DNA from: an uncultured delta proteobacterium
GTDB taxonomy: Bacteria; Myxococcota_A; UBA9160; SZUA-336
Length of the DNA: 64,000 bases
Direction of reading: 5' to 3'
Assembly (NCBI GenBank): GCA_963704165.1
Contig: CAVPHD010000006.1
Coordinates: 1 to 64,000, forward strand
Part shown: one piece after another, positions 52,486-62,291 of the stretch
How positions within the stretch are numbered: the first letter of the stretch is position 1
Layout of the letters: every line of letters begins with the position of its first letter
Made by a program: the position numbers and the translations under genes
Notes under the pieces: generated by a model
Databases searched by the model: none
What the model saw: only the letters and a program-made list of their open reading frames with translations
What the model was told of the DNA's origin: nothing

Positions 52486-53277
52486 ATGAACGACGAGACG
52501 TACTACAAGGATCACTGGGTCGAGATCGAGCCCGAACGGATCGAGGCCTACGAGCAGATGTTCGAATGGCGGCCGCAGAACGCGCCGCTGCTCGAGCCGG
52601 CCGGGCTCGCACCCGGACAGACGGTGATCGACTACGGCTGCGGACCCGGCGGGCTCGCGGTCGAGCTCGCGAGGCGCGTCGCCCCGACCGGGCACGTGCA
52701 TGGCGTGGATCTGAACAAGCTCTTTCTCGAGCGTGCCCGCGCACGCGCAAAGCGCGACGGTGTGGAGCCGCTGATCGACTGGCATCACACCGACGGCGAT
52801 CGCATCCCACTCGATTCGGGGCTGGCCGACCGGCTCGTGTGCAAGAACGTGATGGAGTACGTGCCCGACGTCGCCGCCACGCTCGCGGAGTTTCGCCGTG
52901 TCTTGAAGCCCGGCGGGCTCGCGCACGTGATCGACAGCGACTGGGGAATGCTGGTCGTGGAACCGATCGGCGCCGAGCGCATCGCGGAGCTCTTCGAGGC
53001 CGCGAAGCCCGCCTACAAGACGCCCCTGATCGGCCGCAAGCTCTGGGGCGCGATGCGCGGCGCCGGCTTCTCCGACGTGAAGGTGAAGATCCTCACCAGC
53101 GCCGACACCAAGGGCTTCACCGCACCGATCGTCTTCAACATGATGTCGTACGCACGCGCCTCCGGTCGGCTCTCGAAGCCGGCGCTCGACGCGCTCACGG
53201 CCGACCTGAAGACGTCCCTCTCGGACGGCACGTTCCTGCTGATCCTGCCGCAGTTCCTCGTCACGGGGATGGCGTGA
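52486..53277 (+). CDS. Class I SAM methyltransferase (UbiE-like)
   Basis: IDYGCGPG, RVLKPGG; leaderless TAGACT-N6-ATG. Confidence 0.88.
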   Translation: MNDETYYKDHWVEIEPERIEAYEQMFEWRPQNAPLLEPAGLAPGQTVIDYGCGPGGLAVELARRVAPTGHVHGVDLNKLFLERARARAKRDGVEPLIDWHHTDGDRIPLDSGLADRLVCKNVMEYVPDVAATLAEFRRVLKPGGLAHVIDSDWGMLVVEPIGAERIAELFEAAKPAYKTPLIGRKLWGAMRGAGFSDVKVKILTSADTKGFTAPIVFNMMSYARASGRLSKPALDALTADLKTSLSDGTFLLILPQFLVTGMA

Positions 53278-53923
53278 AGATCAGGAAGGACTGATCCGCG
53301 AGGAAGTCATCCTGCTCGACGAGCTGGTATCCGGCGGCCTCGAGCTCCTGCTGAATCACCGCGATCGCCGTTCCGTGCCCGCCGGATCGGTACTCGACGA
53401 TCGCGATCCGCCCCCCGGGGCGAAGCCGATCCTGCAGCGCTGCGAAGTAGGCGATCCGATCCGAGAGGTGGTGGTAGGTGTTGCACACGAAGATCAGGTC
53501 GACGCCGTCGGCGGGGATGCGCGGGTCGTCGGGTGCGCCCTCGATCACCCCGACGTTCTCGCGCTTCTCCTTCGCCACGCGACTGCGCAGGTAGCCGAGC
53601 ATGTCGGGATCGACGTCGATGGCGTAGACGCGCCCCTCGGGCCCGACCGCATCGGCGAAGCGAAACGTGAAGTAGCCGCCCCCCGCACCGAGATCCGCGA
53701 CGTGCGCGCCCGGAACGATCTCGAGCGCCGCGACGACGCGCTCGGGCTGCTGCGAAGCGTCGCGGCCCGGACCCGCGTAAGCGAGGCGCTTGAGCGCGCC
53801 GCACCCGGACACGACCGAGAGCGCGAGCAGCACGGCGATCCAGAGCCGCGCGTGCGACGAACGAAGCCCGGGATCATCGCGATCCCGATCCATGGATTCG
53901 ACATCGAGAGCGTCGATCGACAT
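53261..53923 (-). CDS. Class I SAM methyltransferase, possible lipoprotein
   Basis: VADLGAGGGYF, VYAIDV, NTYHH, LRPGGR; LSVVSGC lipobox-like. Confidence 0.8.
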   Translation of the reverse strand: MSIDALDVESMDRDRDDPGLRSSHARLWIAVLLALSVVSGCGALKRLAYAGPGRDASQQPERVVAALEIVPGAHVADLGAGGGYFTFRFADAVGPEGRVYAIDVDPDMLGYLRSRVAKEKRENVGVIEGAPDDPRIPADGVDLIFVCNTYHHLSDRIAYFAALQDRLRPGGRIAIVEYRSGGHGTAIAVIQQELEAAGYQLVEQDDFLADQSFLIFTPSP

Positions 53924-53961
53924 GCCTGAATCGTAGTCGATCGGCGGGCTATGATGGGGAA

Positions 53962-54810
53962 ATGGCTGACTCACCGCGAAGTGACGAGCGAATCATCGGC
54001 CCGGTGTCGGTAGAAGGCGCGGGAATCGCACCCGGTCGCGACCGGCTCGCGGGACGCCGGATCCTGGTCGTCGGCGCGGGCACGCAGGCCAGCCCCGAGC
54101 TCGACGCGCCGATCGGCAACGGGCGCGCGATCGCGCTGCTCGCCGCGCGGGAAGGCGCTTCGGTCGCGTGCGCGGACATCGATCCGAACGCGGCGAGAGA
54201 GACGCTCTCGCAGATCGAGAAGGAAGGGGGCCGCGGCTGCGTGATCGTCGGCGACGTCTCCGAACCTTCCGCCTGCGTTCGGATCGTCGCCGAGGCCGAG
54301 CACACGCTCGGCGGAGTCGACGGCTTGGTTCTGAACGTCGGCATCGCGGCGGGCGCACGGCTCGCCGGCACCGATGCCGAGGCCTGGGACCGGACCTTCG
54401 CGGTGAATCTGCGCGCGCACTTCCTGATCGCGCGCGAGCTCCTGCCCCGCCTGGCGCCCGGCGCCTCGATCGTCTTCATCAGCTCGATCGCCGCGCTCGG
54501 TCCGGGCTCGCGCCTGCCGTCGTACGACGCGTCGAAGGCCGGGCTCGCGGGGCTGATGCGCCACGTCGCGTTCGAGGGCGCGCGAAGCGGAGTCCGCGCG
54601 AACGTCGTACTCCCCGGACTGATCGACACGCCGCTCGGCCGCAGCGCGACGCGCGGCCGTCCGTCGCGCGCGCGCACGCCGGTTCCGCTCGGGCGCCAGG
54701 GGACGGGCTGGGAAGTCGCGCACGCCACGGTCTTCCTGCTCTCGGGCGAAGCGAGCTACATCACGGGCCAATCGCTCGTCGTGGACGGCGGACTCTCCGC
54801 GCTGACCTAG
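53962..54810 (+). CDS. SDR oxidoreductase
   Basis: VGAG..IGNGRA, NVG, YDASK, GWEVA; leaderless TATGAT-N6-ATG. Confidence 0.88.
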   Translation: MADSPRSDERIIGPVSVEGAGIAPGRDRLAGRRILVVGAGTQASPELDAPIGNGRAIALLAAREGASVACADIDPNAARETLSQIEKEGGRGCVIVGDVSEPSACVRIVAEAEHTLGGVDGLVLNVGIAAGARLAGTDAEAWDRTFAVNLRAHFLIARELLPRLAPGASIVFISSIAALGPGSRLPSYDASKAGLAGLMRHVAFEGARSGVRANVVLPGLIDTPLGRSATRGRPSRARTPVPLGRQGTGWEVAHATVFLLSGEASYITGQSLVVDGGLSALT

Positions 54811-56282
54811 CGCCGAGACGGCGCGTTCATGCGCGCGAGCCGCGGGTCGAGCTCCGGCTGAAGCGTCGACGGACGCGATGCGGCCTCGATCTCGACGAGC
54901 GCGTCGTCGAGATCGCGTCCGAGCTGGTCGAGGTCCGGCGCGAGCTCCCAGTCGCCGATCAGTCCCCAGCAGAGCTTGCCGTCGTAGCTGAGCGCGGCGA
55001 CGCCAAGACCCTGGCGCGCGAAGAGCGGCAGCTGCGGATGGATCTCGAGAACGCGCGCGCCGAGCAGGTAGAGCGGCTGCTGCGGCCCCGGCACCGTCGA
55101 GACGATCAGGTTGTAGGGATGCAGCCGCGTCGCGAGATCGACCCCGAGGCGCGTCAATGCGACCGATCCCGTTGCGTCGGCGAGGTTGCTGAGCAGCTCG
55201 ATGCCACGGGCCGCGTCGGTCTGCCTCAGCCGCAGCTTCTGTTCACGGATCTGCCGGAAGCGCTCGCGCGGGTCGGGCTCGTCGATGGGCAGCGAAACGA
55301 AAAGGGCCGAGACGTGGTTCGCTTCGTCGATCTCGCCCGACGTCCCGCGCCGATTCACGGGGATGCACACCTTGTAGTCGAGCTTCGCGAGCGGCACGCC
55401 GCGTCCGATCAGGTAGCTGCGGATCGCTCCCGCGACGAGCGCGAGCACGACGTCATTCAGCGTTCCGTCGAGCCGGTTCTTCAGCGCCGTCAGCCGTGCG
55501 AGCTCGGTGGTGCGGAGCGCCGCGCGTCGGTGCGGGCCGATACGCTCGTTGAAGGGCGTCTCCGCGGGTGGGAGCAGCGCGCCCGAGAGCGACGTCGCGA
55601 CCGCGCGGCCGCTCTCGACGAGGCCCGTGAGCGCCGCCCCGGGATCCCGCGCGACGGCCGCGGCCGCCCCGAGCAACCGGATCGGAAGCGCCAATCGCCG
55701 AACGAGCTCGTCGATGCCGAGCCGGAACGTGCCCGGATGCGCGCGTGCCTCGAAGTCGAGAACGCGTGAACCCTCGTGGACCTCGGGCGAGGGCGAGAGC
55801 AGCTTCGCGAGCACCCCCATTCCGCCGACGGCATCGACCATGCAGTGGTGAAGTTTGGAGATCATCGCGAATCGGTCCCCGGTGAGGGAGTCGACGATCC
55901 ACGTCTCCCAGAGCGGTTTCTCGCGATCGAGGTGCTGGGAGAGGATCCGACCGACGAGCGCCTCGAGCTGGGCGTCGGTTCCCGGGGTGGGCAACGCGGT
56001 GTGGCGCACGTGGTAGCCGAGGTTGAAGTGTTCGTCGTCCACCCAGATCGGCCGGCGCGTGATCGGCGTCCACGCCAGACGCTCCCGGTGGTGCGGCATG
56101 TCGTCGAGCGTCGCCTCGATGTGCGCGGCGATGCGATCGAAGTCGAGCGCGCCGTCCGCGCGCGCGAGCTTCGCCCGCTCGAAGATCGAGACCGCCGCCA
56201 CGTGCATCGGCGTGGCCCGGTGCTCGAAGTGGAGGAACCAGCGGTCCTTGGAGGAAAGGGGCTCGTAGCCCGACGTTCGCAT
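54807..56282 (-). CDS. Wax ester synthase/diacylglycerol acyltransferase (WS/DGAT)
   Basis: LS..D.WFL, TPMHVA, LDREKPLWE, KLHHCMVDA, GTLNDVVLA, NLIVSTVPGP. Confidence 0.92.
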   Translation of the reverse strand: MRTSGYEPLSSKDRWFLHFEHRATPMHVAAVSIFERAKLARADGALDFDRIAAHIEATLDDMPHHRERLAWTPITRRPIWVDDEHFNLGYHVRHTALPTPGTDAQLEALVGRILSQHLDREKPLWETWIVDSLTGDRFAMISKLHHCMVDAVGGMGVLAKLLSPSPEVHEGSRVLDFEARAHPGTFRLGIDELVRRLALPIRLLGAAAAVARDPGAALTGLVESGRAVATSLSGALLPPAETPFNERIGPHRRAALRTTELARLTALKNRLDGTLNDVVLALVAGAIRSYLIGRGVPLAKLDYKVCIPVNRRGTSGEIDEANHVSALFVSLPIDEPDPRERFRQIREQKLRLRQTDAARGIELLSNLADATGSVALTRLGVDLATRLHPYNLIVSTVPGPQQPLYLLGARVLEIHPQLPLFARQGLGVAALSYDGKLCWGLIGDWELAPDLDQLGRDLDDALVEIEAASRPSTLQPELDPRLARMNAPSRR

Positions 56283-56294
56283 GCCCGACGGGCG

Positions 56295-57437
56295 TCAGCC
56301 GGCGGCGTTTGCGGCGCTCACCGGCGCGATGCCCAGATCGTTCATCATCATCGTGAACTTGCTGCGCGGGATCCGATCCTCGAATCCGGCACGGCGCAGA
56401 CGGTGGAAGTACTCCTGCATCTGCTTCACCTGCAGGTCACCGACGATCTTCACGCCGTCTGCGATCTGGGCGGGTTTCGTGCCCTTGCCCGCGAGCACGA
56501 TCATGCACTCGGTGAGCGCGGCGTCGAACTGGCTGATCGTGACCGACTCCCCCTCGTCGAGCGCCGAGTGAAGCTGTTCCTTGCGCTCCGGCGTATGGTC
56601 GATGGTCCACTTCAGGTGCTGCAGGCCGTACGAGACGTGACGTGCCTCGTCCTGCATCACGAGCTGGAACATGCGCTTGTCCACGGGCGTCGGCGAAATG
56701 AACTCGCTGAAGCGGAACATCGTCAGGATGTTGCCCTCGGCCAGGAGGTGCATGAACGCCGAAGCGTCGCTGTAGGTGTCGCCGTCGAGGATCGCCTTGA
56801 GGGAGTGCTCGGCCTGCGGCAGCGCCTCCATCAGACCGACGCCGCCCGCGAGCGCCCGCTTTCGGAACACTTCGGCGTGTCGCGCCTCGTCCATCGCTTG
56901 CGTGGCGATGAAGTGCTTCACCTCGTGGAACTGGTTGTTCATCCGCCAGAGCCACTTCGCCGGCAGGTCGGTCGCGATCATCTCGACCTCGGTGAAGAAC
57001 GTGCAGAGCTGCGCGAATGCGACCTCGAGCTCCTCGCTGCGCTCGTACTTGTCGAGATCGCCCCAGGGAATGTCCGTCGTCGCGTCCCACTGGCGCGAGA
57101 CCGCTTCCTCCGTGAACGACGCCACCTTGTACGCCCAGACGTCGGACTTGCGGTTCAGCTCCGGCTCGAGATCGGCCTGGACCTTCGGGTCGAAGGCCGC
57201 GCCCCGCGGCACCGCGCCCCGCGGCCCGCGCGGAACCTCGGGGAGCTCGTCGTAGCCGTAGCTGCCCTTGTTCACGTCGAGGTAGGTGAACCCGCGCTTC
57301 GGGTTCTCCTGCGAGAATCGCAGCTTCTCGGTGCCGGCCTTCATCCAGCCGAGATCGAGGTTGCCCTTGCGGATGTCGCGCATGCGCAACGCGAGGTCGG
57401 AGTTGCGGCTCCAGTCGATCGGTCCGTAGTAGCTCAT
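56295..57437 (-). CDS. Ferritin-like diiron protein with complete ligand set (putative alpha subunit)
   Basis: TEVE..MDEARH..LAEG..QDEARH; RQWD..DIPW; GGGAGAG RBS. Confidence 0.85.
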   Translation of the reverse strand: MSYYGPIDWSRNSDLALRMRDIRKGNLDLGWMKAGTEKLRFSQENPKRGFTYLDVNKGSYGYDELPEVPRGPRGAVPRGAAFDPKVQADLEPELNRKSDVWAYKVASFTEEAVSRQWDATTDIPWGDLDKYERSEELEVAFAQLCTFFTEVEMIATDLPAKWLWRMNNQFHEVKHFIATQAMDEARHAEVFRKRALAGGVGLMEALPQAEHSLKAILDGDTYSDASAFMHLLAEGNILTMFRFSEFISPTPVDKRMFQLVMQDEARHVSYGLQHLKWTIDHTPERKEQLHSALDEGESVTISQFDAALTECMIVLAGKGTKPAQIADGVKIVGDLQVKQMQEYFHRLRRAGFEDRIPRSKFTMMMNDLGIAPVSAANAAG

Positions 57438-57456
57438 CGCTCTCCCCTTCCCCGGC

Positions 57457-58539
57457 TCAGCTGCGGAGCAGCCGCAGGAACTCCGGCAACGGGCTGCGCG
57501 AGCGGCGGTCGCCAAGACCCGCCGCCATGCAGCGCCTGAAGTATTCGTCGGTCGTCCGCTCGTAGAGGCCGGCGACGGGCTCGAATCCGCCCGAGATCAG
57601 CACGAGCGGCTCGATCATCTCGGGCGCGCCGAGCGCCCCGACGAGCGCGTTCTCGGACAGGTCGAGGTGGTTCGAGATCCGCTCGGCCTCGATCGGCCGC
57701 GCGTGCAGCAGGCCGCGGATGTGATCGACGCCGTAGGCGATGAAGCGCGTCGCATCCTGCGCGAGTCGAACGCCGAGGAACGAGTCCACCGCGTTGGTCG
57801 CGGTGTATTCGAGGTGACGTCCGATCGCCTGAATCCACGAGAAGAGCAGGAGGTTCATCGAGGCCGAGGCCTCGGGGTACGAGTCGGCGGTGAAGATCGA
57901 CTTCAGAAACGCACCGAACTCCGGACAATCGACCCCGAGCTGGCCGTCCCCCGCGAGCGCGCGTTTCCGGAACGCCTCGGAGATGCGCGCGGCGTCGTAC
58001 ATCTGCACGCACATCAGGTACTTGATCTCGTGGAACTCCTGGTTCATCCGGAACTCGTACGAAGCGGCCGTGTCGCAGGCGACGAATCCGGCCGAGACCA
58101 GATTCGTCGAGAGCTGGCGGATGGCGTGCGCGACCTGCTCGGAGTGACCCGGCTCGTCGAGCGCGGTCCAGGGCACGTCGTGCGCCGGCGCCCAGCGCCG
58201 GGACTTCGCCTCCTCGAAGAGGGTCGGTGCGACCTCGGCCCAGACATCGCTCTTTCGATTCAGGCGGTAGCCGAGCGACGGCAGGCCCGGGGGCAGGATC
58301 GCCCCGCGCGGCGCCATCGAGAAGTTGTGCCGCACGACCTCGGGGAGGTGATCCGGCGAGTACGCGCCGTGGTTGATGTCGGTGAGCGTCAGCCCCCGCG
58401 CGGGTTGGCTGGGCCGGAACGAGGCCCGCTCGCCGATCTTCTTCATCCACGACAGGTCGAGCTGGCCGGAGATCGTGCGGATCATCTTCGCGACGATCTC
58501 GGGATCCTGGCTGTAATCCTTGGGTGCGATGTAGGACAT
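57457..58539 (-). CDS. Ferritin-like paralog lacking iron ligands (putative beta subunit)
   Basis: Colinear with 56295-57437 (LNRKSDVWA, FHE.K, FRKRALAG) but VSAG/YDAARI/LFSW/QDATRF at the ligand positions. Confidence 0.8.
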   Translation of the reverse strand: MSYIAPKDYSQDPEIVAKMIRTISGQLDLSWMKKIGERASFRPSQPARGLTLTDINHGAYSPDHLPEVVRHNFSMAPRGAILPPGLPSLGYRLNRKSDVWAEVAPTLFEEAKSRRWAPAHDVPWTALDEPGHSEQVAHAIRQLSTNLVSAGFVACDTAASYEFRMNQEFHEIKYLMCVQMYDAARISEAFRKRALAGDGQLGVDCPEFGAFLKSIFTADSYPEASASMNLLLFSWIQAIGRHLEYTATNAVDSFLGVRLAQDATRFIAYGVDHIRGLLHARPIEAERISNHLDLSENALVGALGAPEMIEPLVLISGGFEPVAGLYERTTDEYFRRCMAAGLGDRRSRSPLPEFLRLLRS

Positions 58540-58547
58540 CGGTTCTC

Positions 58548-58970
58548 CTACGAGGCCTTCACTTCGAGATACCGCGCCTGGTCGAAGAACTCCTGGATCG
58601 ATGCCATGAAGCGGTAGAACTTGTCGTGCCCTTCGGCGTCGGCGGTTTCGACCCGGAGCAGGTCGCCGACGTGCGAGAGCGTGTTCAGGGTGTGCTTCGC
58701 GTCCGCGCCGCCGTGCTCGACGATCGCCTCGATCATCTCCTTCCAGATCGCCGGCGAACCGCTGAGGACGAAGTCGAGCCGCGCGGGATCTCCGCCCTCC
58801 TGGACGTGGACACACTCGTAGACCTCGAACCCGATCGTGTAGAGGTCCTTCCCGACCCGAACGCCGAAGCTCGTGTCGCAGTAGCCGAGCTTCTCGAATC
58901 GGACCTTGTCTTCCTTCGTGCGCTGCTGGAGCGCCTGAAAGAACTCGAGCGATGGGAAACGGATCGCCAT
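58548..58970 (-). CDS. Small SCP2-like protein
   Basis: FPS.EFF.AL, LGYCD..FGV, FE.YEC..V, DFVLSG...WKEM; GGAGG RBS. Confidence 0.6.
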   Translation of the reverse strand: MAIRFPSLEFFQALQQRTKEDKVRFEKLGYCDTSFGVRVGKDLYTIGFEVYECVHVQEGGDPARLDFVLSGSPAIWKEMIEAIVEHGGADAKHTLNTLSHVGDLLRVETADAEGHDKFYRFMASIQEFFDQARYLEVKAS

Positions 58971-59006
58971 GACATCCTCCGCGCGGGTCTAGAACGATTT
59001 TACGCC

Positions 59007-59022
59007 AGCAAGGTCCGTTCCC
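59007..59022 (-). promoter_or_regulatory. Putative sigma54 (-24/-12) promoter
   Basis: gGGAACGgaccTTGCT compared with consensus TGGCACG-N4-TTGCW; GG-N10-GC spacing is exact. Confidence 0.5.
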
Positions 59023-59074
59023 GCAGCCGACGTCGCACGGGCGGGATCTCCCGCGCGGCCTGCTGCAACCCGCC

Positions 59075-59845
59075 TCAGCTCCCGAAGGAGCCGTGGCGCC
59101 CGGCCCCTCGCGCGAATCGCGAAGCCCCCTCGAGCGTCTCGCCCGAGGCGATCACCTCGAGCCCGAGGCGCGTCTCGAGGCGAAGCGCATCGTCCTGCGA
59201 GAGCGGCCACTGCTGATAGGAGGAGAGCCGGTCGCTGCGCAGGCATCGCTGCGGGAACGCGGCGAGCTGGCGCGCGAGCTCGATCGCTTCCGGCAGGGCG
59301 CGGCCCGGATCGACCAGCCGGTTCGCGAGCCCCATCATGCGCGCCTCTTCACCCGAGACGCCGCGGCCGGTCAGGATCAGATCGAGCGCGTGGGAGTGGC
59401 CGATCATGCGGGCGAGGCGAATCGTTCCGCCGTCGATCAGCGGCACGCCCCAACGGCGGCAGAAGACGCCGAAGACCGCGTCGCGCGCGGCCACGCGCAG
59501 GTCGCACCAGATGGCGAGCTCGAGGCCGCCGGCGACCGCGTAGCCCTCGACCGCGGCGATCACCGGCTTGCCGAGCAGCATGCGCGACGGCCCCATCGGA
59601 CCGTCGCCGTCGGGGCTGACGCGATTCCCGCGCCCCTCCGAGACGCCCTTCAGATCGGCACCGGCGCAGAAGGTCCCCTTCGCTCCGGTGAGAACCGCCA
59701 CCGACGATGATTCGTCCGCGTCGAAGCGCCGGAACGCCTCGGCGAGCGCCGATGCGGTCGGACCGTCCACCGCGTTGCGCGCGGCCGGCCGGTCGATCGT
59801 CACGATCGCGACCGGCCCGTCGGTCTCGTAGCTGACTTCCGCCAT
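59075..59845 (-). CDS. Enoyl-CoA hydratase/crotonase
   Basis: FCAGADLK, KPVIAAVEGYAVAGGLELA, RRWGVPLIDGG. Confidence 0.93.
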   Translation of the reverse strand: MAEVSYETDGPVAIVTIDRPAARNAVDGPTASALAEAFRRFDADESSSVAVLTGAKGTFCAGADLKGVSEGRGNRVSPDGDGPMGPSRMLLGKPVIAAVEGYAVAGGLELAIWCDLRVAARDAVFGVFCRRWGVPLIDGGTIRLARMIGHSHALDLILTGRGVSGEEARMMGLANRLVDPGRALPEAIELARQLAAFPQRCLRSDRLSSYQQWPLSQDDALRLETRLGLEVIASGETLEGASRFARGAGRHGSFGS

Positions 59846-59912
59846 CGTGCCCTCCGAAATCCGTCCAGCGACCGTACCACGCGCGCGCGTCTGCTAGCGT
59901 ACGCGCGCCGCC

Positions 59913-62291
59913 ATGGATGCCCCGATCCTGTCACTTCCTCCGACCGGGCTCGTCGCCATCCTGGTCTCGCTCACGTACCTCGCCCTCGCGGTCGTGCGCA
60001 TTCGGCCGGAATGGGTGGTGGACCACGCGCGCGCCGTGCTCGGCGTGCTCGCGGCGATCTCGCTCGTCGCCGCCGTCGCGCTCGTCGATCTGCGCACGCT
60101 CGAGCCGCGCGTCCGCCTCGACGCCTCCGAAGAGCCGCTGATGCTCCGCCACGATCCGGCGCGGGCGGTCTACGCCGAGGCCATCCGCACGTTCGGCAAC
60201 GACGACATCTACGTGATCGCGATGCTCACCGACGACGTCTTCACGGAGGCCGATCTCGGAGCGCTGCGTCGGATCAGCCACGCGGTCCTGAAGCTTCCAG
60301 GCGTGCGGCGCGCCGAGAGCCTGGTCGACATCCCGAGCTATCGCTGGGATCCGGAGAAGCTCTGGCTCGACGTCTCGGACTTCATCGACGACATCCCCTC
60401 CGAACCCGCGAGGCTCGTGGATCTGCGCCGGCGCGCGCTCGCCGATCCGATCTATCCGAAGCTGGTCGTGTCGCGCGACGGCTCGGCCGCCGCGATCAAC
60501 CTGTCCTTCCACGAGATCGGCGACCGGGCGTTCGTCGATCTCGGGCTCGACGACGCGATTCGCGCGATCGCGCAGGCGGAGACGGCCCCCGGCCGCGAGT
60601 TCCGTTTCGCGGGACGCCCCCACGTGAAGTCGCGCGCCGCGCTGATCATGGCGCGGGATCTCTCGCTCCTGATCCCGCTCGCGGTCCTCGTCGCGGCGTT
60701 GGTGGTCTTCCTGACGACGGGCTCCGTGCGCGGGGTGTTCTCGCCGCTGCTCGCGTGCCTGACGTCGGTGCTCTGGACGTTCGGCCTGCTCGCGTTCGCC
60801 GGGCTCTCGATCAACCTGATCACGATCGTGCTCGGCCCGATCCTGATCACGCTCGGCGGGCTGTACGGCGTGCACATCATCGCGCGCTGGGAGCAGGAAC
60901 GAGAGCACGTGGACAACGCGCGCGATGCCGCGCTCGCGACGCTCCGCGACGTCTTCGTTCCGGTCGTCCTGTCGGGCGTCACGACCAGTGCGGGATTCGC
61001 CGCGCTCGCTCCCGGTGGCATTCCGGGCATCGAGGAGCTCGGCACGTTCGCGCTCTTCGGAACGTCGGTGCTGACGCTGATCTCGATCACCGGGATCCCC
61101 GCCGCGCTCGCGCTGCTTCCGCACCGAAAGGGCGCGAGCGGGACGACGCGCTCCGGTGCGACCTTCGGACGAAGACTCGACGACGGGCTCGCCCGGCTCG
61201 CCGTCGCCTGCTGCACGCACGCGACTCCGATTCTGATCGCTTGGGGCGTGATGACGGCGATCGGGATCGCCGCGCTGCCGCGAATCGTGATCGACACCGA
61301 CTACCTGACCTACTTCGCCGAGAGCTCGCAGGTCCGACGCGACTTCGCGTCGGTCAACGAGCGTCTGATCGGACCGGTGCCGCTCTACGTCGAGCTGATC
61401 GGCGAGATCGAGGGCACGTTTCGGGAGCCCGAGAACCTGCGCCGGATCGAGGCGCTTCAACGCGAGATCGAGGCGCTTCCCGGAGTGGCCGCGACGATCT
61501 CGATGGTGGACCCGCTTCGGCTCCTGAATCGCGCGCTCGAGCGCGGCGATCCCGACGAGGAGCGCATCCCGGACACGCGCGAAGAGGTCAGCGATCTCGT
61601 CTTCATGGTTCCGAAGGCGGAGCTGCGCCGCTTCGCGAATTCGAACCACAGCGAAGCGAACGTGATCGTGCGCACGGGCGAGCTCGGCTCGCGCGCGGTG
61701 CGAACATTGGTCGGACGGATCGAGGACGTCGTCGCGCGGCTCGAGCTCGAGCCCGGGCTGCGTGTCGAGGTGACCGGCAATGCGGTCGTGCTGAACCGCA
61801 GCGCCGATTCGCTCTCGGGAAACCAGATCGCGAGCATCGCGCTCGCGAGCGCGACCATCTTCGCCCTCGTCTACGGGGTCTTCCGCTCGTTGCGCGTCAG
61901 CCTGCTGGTGATGATTCCGAACCTTGCGCCGGTGATCCTGTTCTTCGGCTTGCTCGGGCTCGGGCTCGCCCCGCTCTCTCTGCCGACGAGCATGATCGGA
62001 TGCGTCGTGCTCGGAGTCGCGGTGGACGACACGGTCCATGTGCTGGTGTCGTACCGGCGCATGCGCGAGCGGGGATCGTCGCCCGAGGACGCGGTGCTCG
62101 AGACCCTGCGTCGGGTCGGCCGGCCGGTCGTGATCTCCTCGCTGATGCTGGTCGCGGGGTTCCTGACGATCATGATCTCGGGCTTCGCGACGATCGTCGA
62201 GTTCGGCTACCTAACGGCGCTCACGATGGCGATCTGCCTCTGCGCCGATCTGATCATGCTGCCGGCGCTACTCGTTCGCGCTCGCGCGTAG
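59913..62291 (+). CDS. MMPL/RND family exporter
   Basis: Two TM-loop-TM repeats; TTSAGFAAL, GVAVDDTVH, GRPVVISSL. Confidence 0.88.
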   Translation: MDAPILSLPPTGLVAILVSLTYLALAVVRIRPEWVVDHARAVLGVLAAISLVAAVALVDLRTLEPRVRLDASEEPLMLRHDPARAVYAEAIRTFGNDDIYVIAMLTDDVFTEADLGALRRISHAVLKLPGVRRAESLVDIPSYRWDPEKLWLDVSDFIDDIPSEPARLVDLRRRALADPIYPKLVVSRDGSAAAINLSFHEIGDRAFVDLGLDDAIRAIAQAETAPGREFRFAGRPHVKSRAALIMARDLSLLIPLAVLVAALVVFLTTGSVRGVFSPLLACLTSVLWTFGLLAFAGLSINLITIVLGPILITLGGLYGVHIIARWEQEREHVDNARDAALATLRDVFVPVVLSGVTTSAGFAALAPGGIPGIEELGTFALFGTSVLTLISITGIPAALALLPHRKGASGTTRSGATFGRRLDDGLARLAVACCTHATPILIAWGVMTAIGIAALPRIVIDTDYLTYFAESSQVRRDFASVNERLIGPVPLYVELIGEIEGTFREPENLRRIEALQREIEALPGVAATISMVDPLRLLNRALERGDPDEERIPDTREEVSDLVFMVPKAELRRFANSNHSEANVIVRTGELGSRAVRTLVGRIEDVVARLELEPGLRVEVTGNAVVLNRSADSLSGNQIASIALASATIFALVYGVFRSLRVSLLVMIPNLAPVILFFGLLGLGLAPLSLPTSMIGCVVLGVAVDDTVHVLVSYRRMRERGSSPEDAVLETLRRVGRPVVISSLMLVAGFLTIMISGFATIVEFGYLTALTMAICLCADLIMLPALLVRARA

